A DNA stretch of 64,000 bases from Campylobacterales bacterium (GTDB taxonomy: Bacteria > Campylobacterota > Campylobacteria > Campylobacterales > Sulfurimonadaceae): NCBI GenBank assembly GCA_038205935.1, contig JBBRBK010000001.1, positions 1 to 64,000 on the forward strand, written 5' to 3'. The notes beneath the pieces are model-generated. The model was not told the origin of the DNA, did not search any database, and saw only the letters and a list, made by a program, of their open reading frames with translations. Positions 63,792 through 64,000 of this stretch are shown here, piece after piece (positions within the stretch are counted from its first letter, which is position 1; each line of letters begins with the position of its first letter). Made by a program: the position numbers and the translations under genes.

Positions 63792-64000
63792 TACTTATCC
63801 TTCATCCCAAACCATAAATGGTTGTCGTCTGCCTTATCAACTTTTTTCTCTAAAAGATCATAAATTCCATGTGTTCCCAAAATTGCTGTAAGCATAGAAA
63901 CGGTGATCCCAATAGTTATAGTAATAGCGAAGCCTTTAATCGTTCCGGTTCCATACACATAAAGCACAATGGAAGCGATTAACGTCGTGATATTTGAATC
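63791..64000 (-). CDS. secD: Protein translocase subunit SecD (3' end only)
   Basis: Manual translation [31 protein letters not shown]...WFGMKDK*; stop overlaps the secF ATG (TAATG). Confidence 0.93.
   Translation of the reverse strand, partial: DSNITTLIASIVLYVYGTGTIKGFAITITIGITVSMLTAILGTHGIYDLLEKKVDKADDNHLWFGMKDK

Overview
A gene-dense, roughly 36% GC (estimated by eye) chromosomal segment of a Campylobacterota bacterium. It is probably a free-living Sulfurimonas/Sulfuricurvum-like organism, inferred from Campylobacter/Helicobacter-type gene order plus GGDEF proteins and a MoxR-Bat operon. Most of it is core genome: fliY-fliM-fliA-flhG-flhF-folK-aroQ, mqnF-sppA, xseA-ubiE-ribD-rimP-rbfA-infB-thrB-lpxC, flhB-nadC-nadA, plsY-folB, hsrA plus a kinase, ferredoxin, ppx, bamA, tyrA, a MoxR/VWA/Bat operon, tRNA-Lys and tRNA-Glu, fabI-tpiA-pgk-gap, nadD-rsfS, ymdB-mfd, folC-GGDEF-lptE-leuS-secF-secD. 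A more variable block at about 38.6-48.5 kb holds SulP, a CZB chemoreceptor, a rhodanese, a diguanylate cyclase with a sigma54-type promoter, a major porin and two toxin-antitoxin modules. The stand-out signal is not a gene but a highly iterated palindrome, TACATGTA, with extended consensus CTTACATGTAAG. I counted at least 32 exact 8-mer copies by hand (about 2 expected by chance) and 9 perfect 12-mers (fewer than 0.01 expected). It sits mostly inside genes, where it reads as x-His-Val (almost always Leu-His-Val) or Thr-Cys-x (mostly Thr-Cys-Lys). One pair forms a terminator-like hairpin, and one copy appears split by a short GC-rich insert. It resembles cyanobacterial HIP1 or Neisseria/Haemophilus uptake sequences. 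No CRISPR array, rRNA, transposase or integrase was found.
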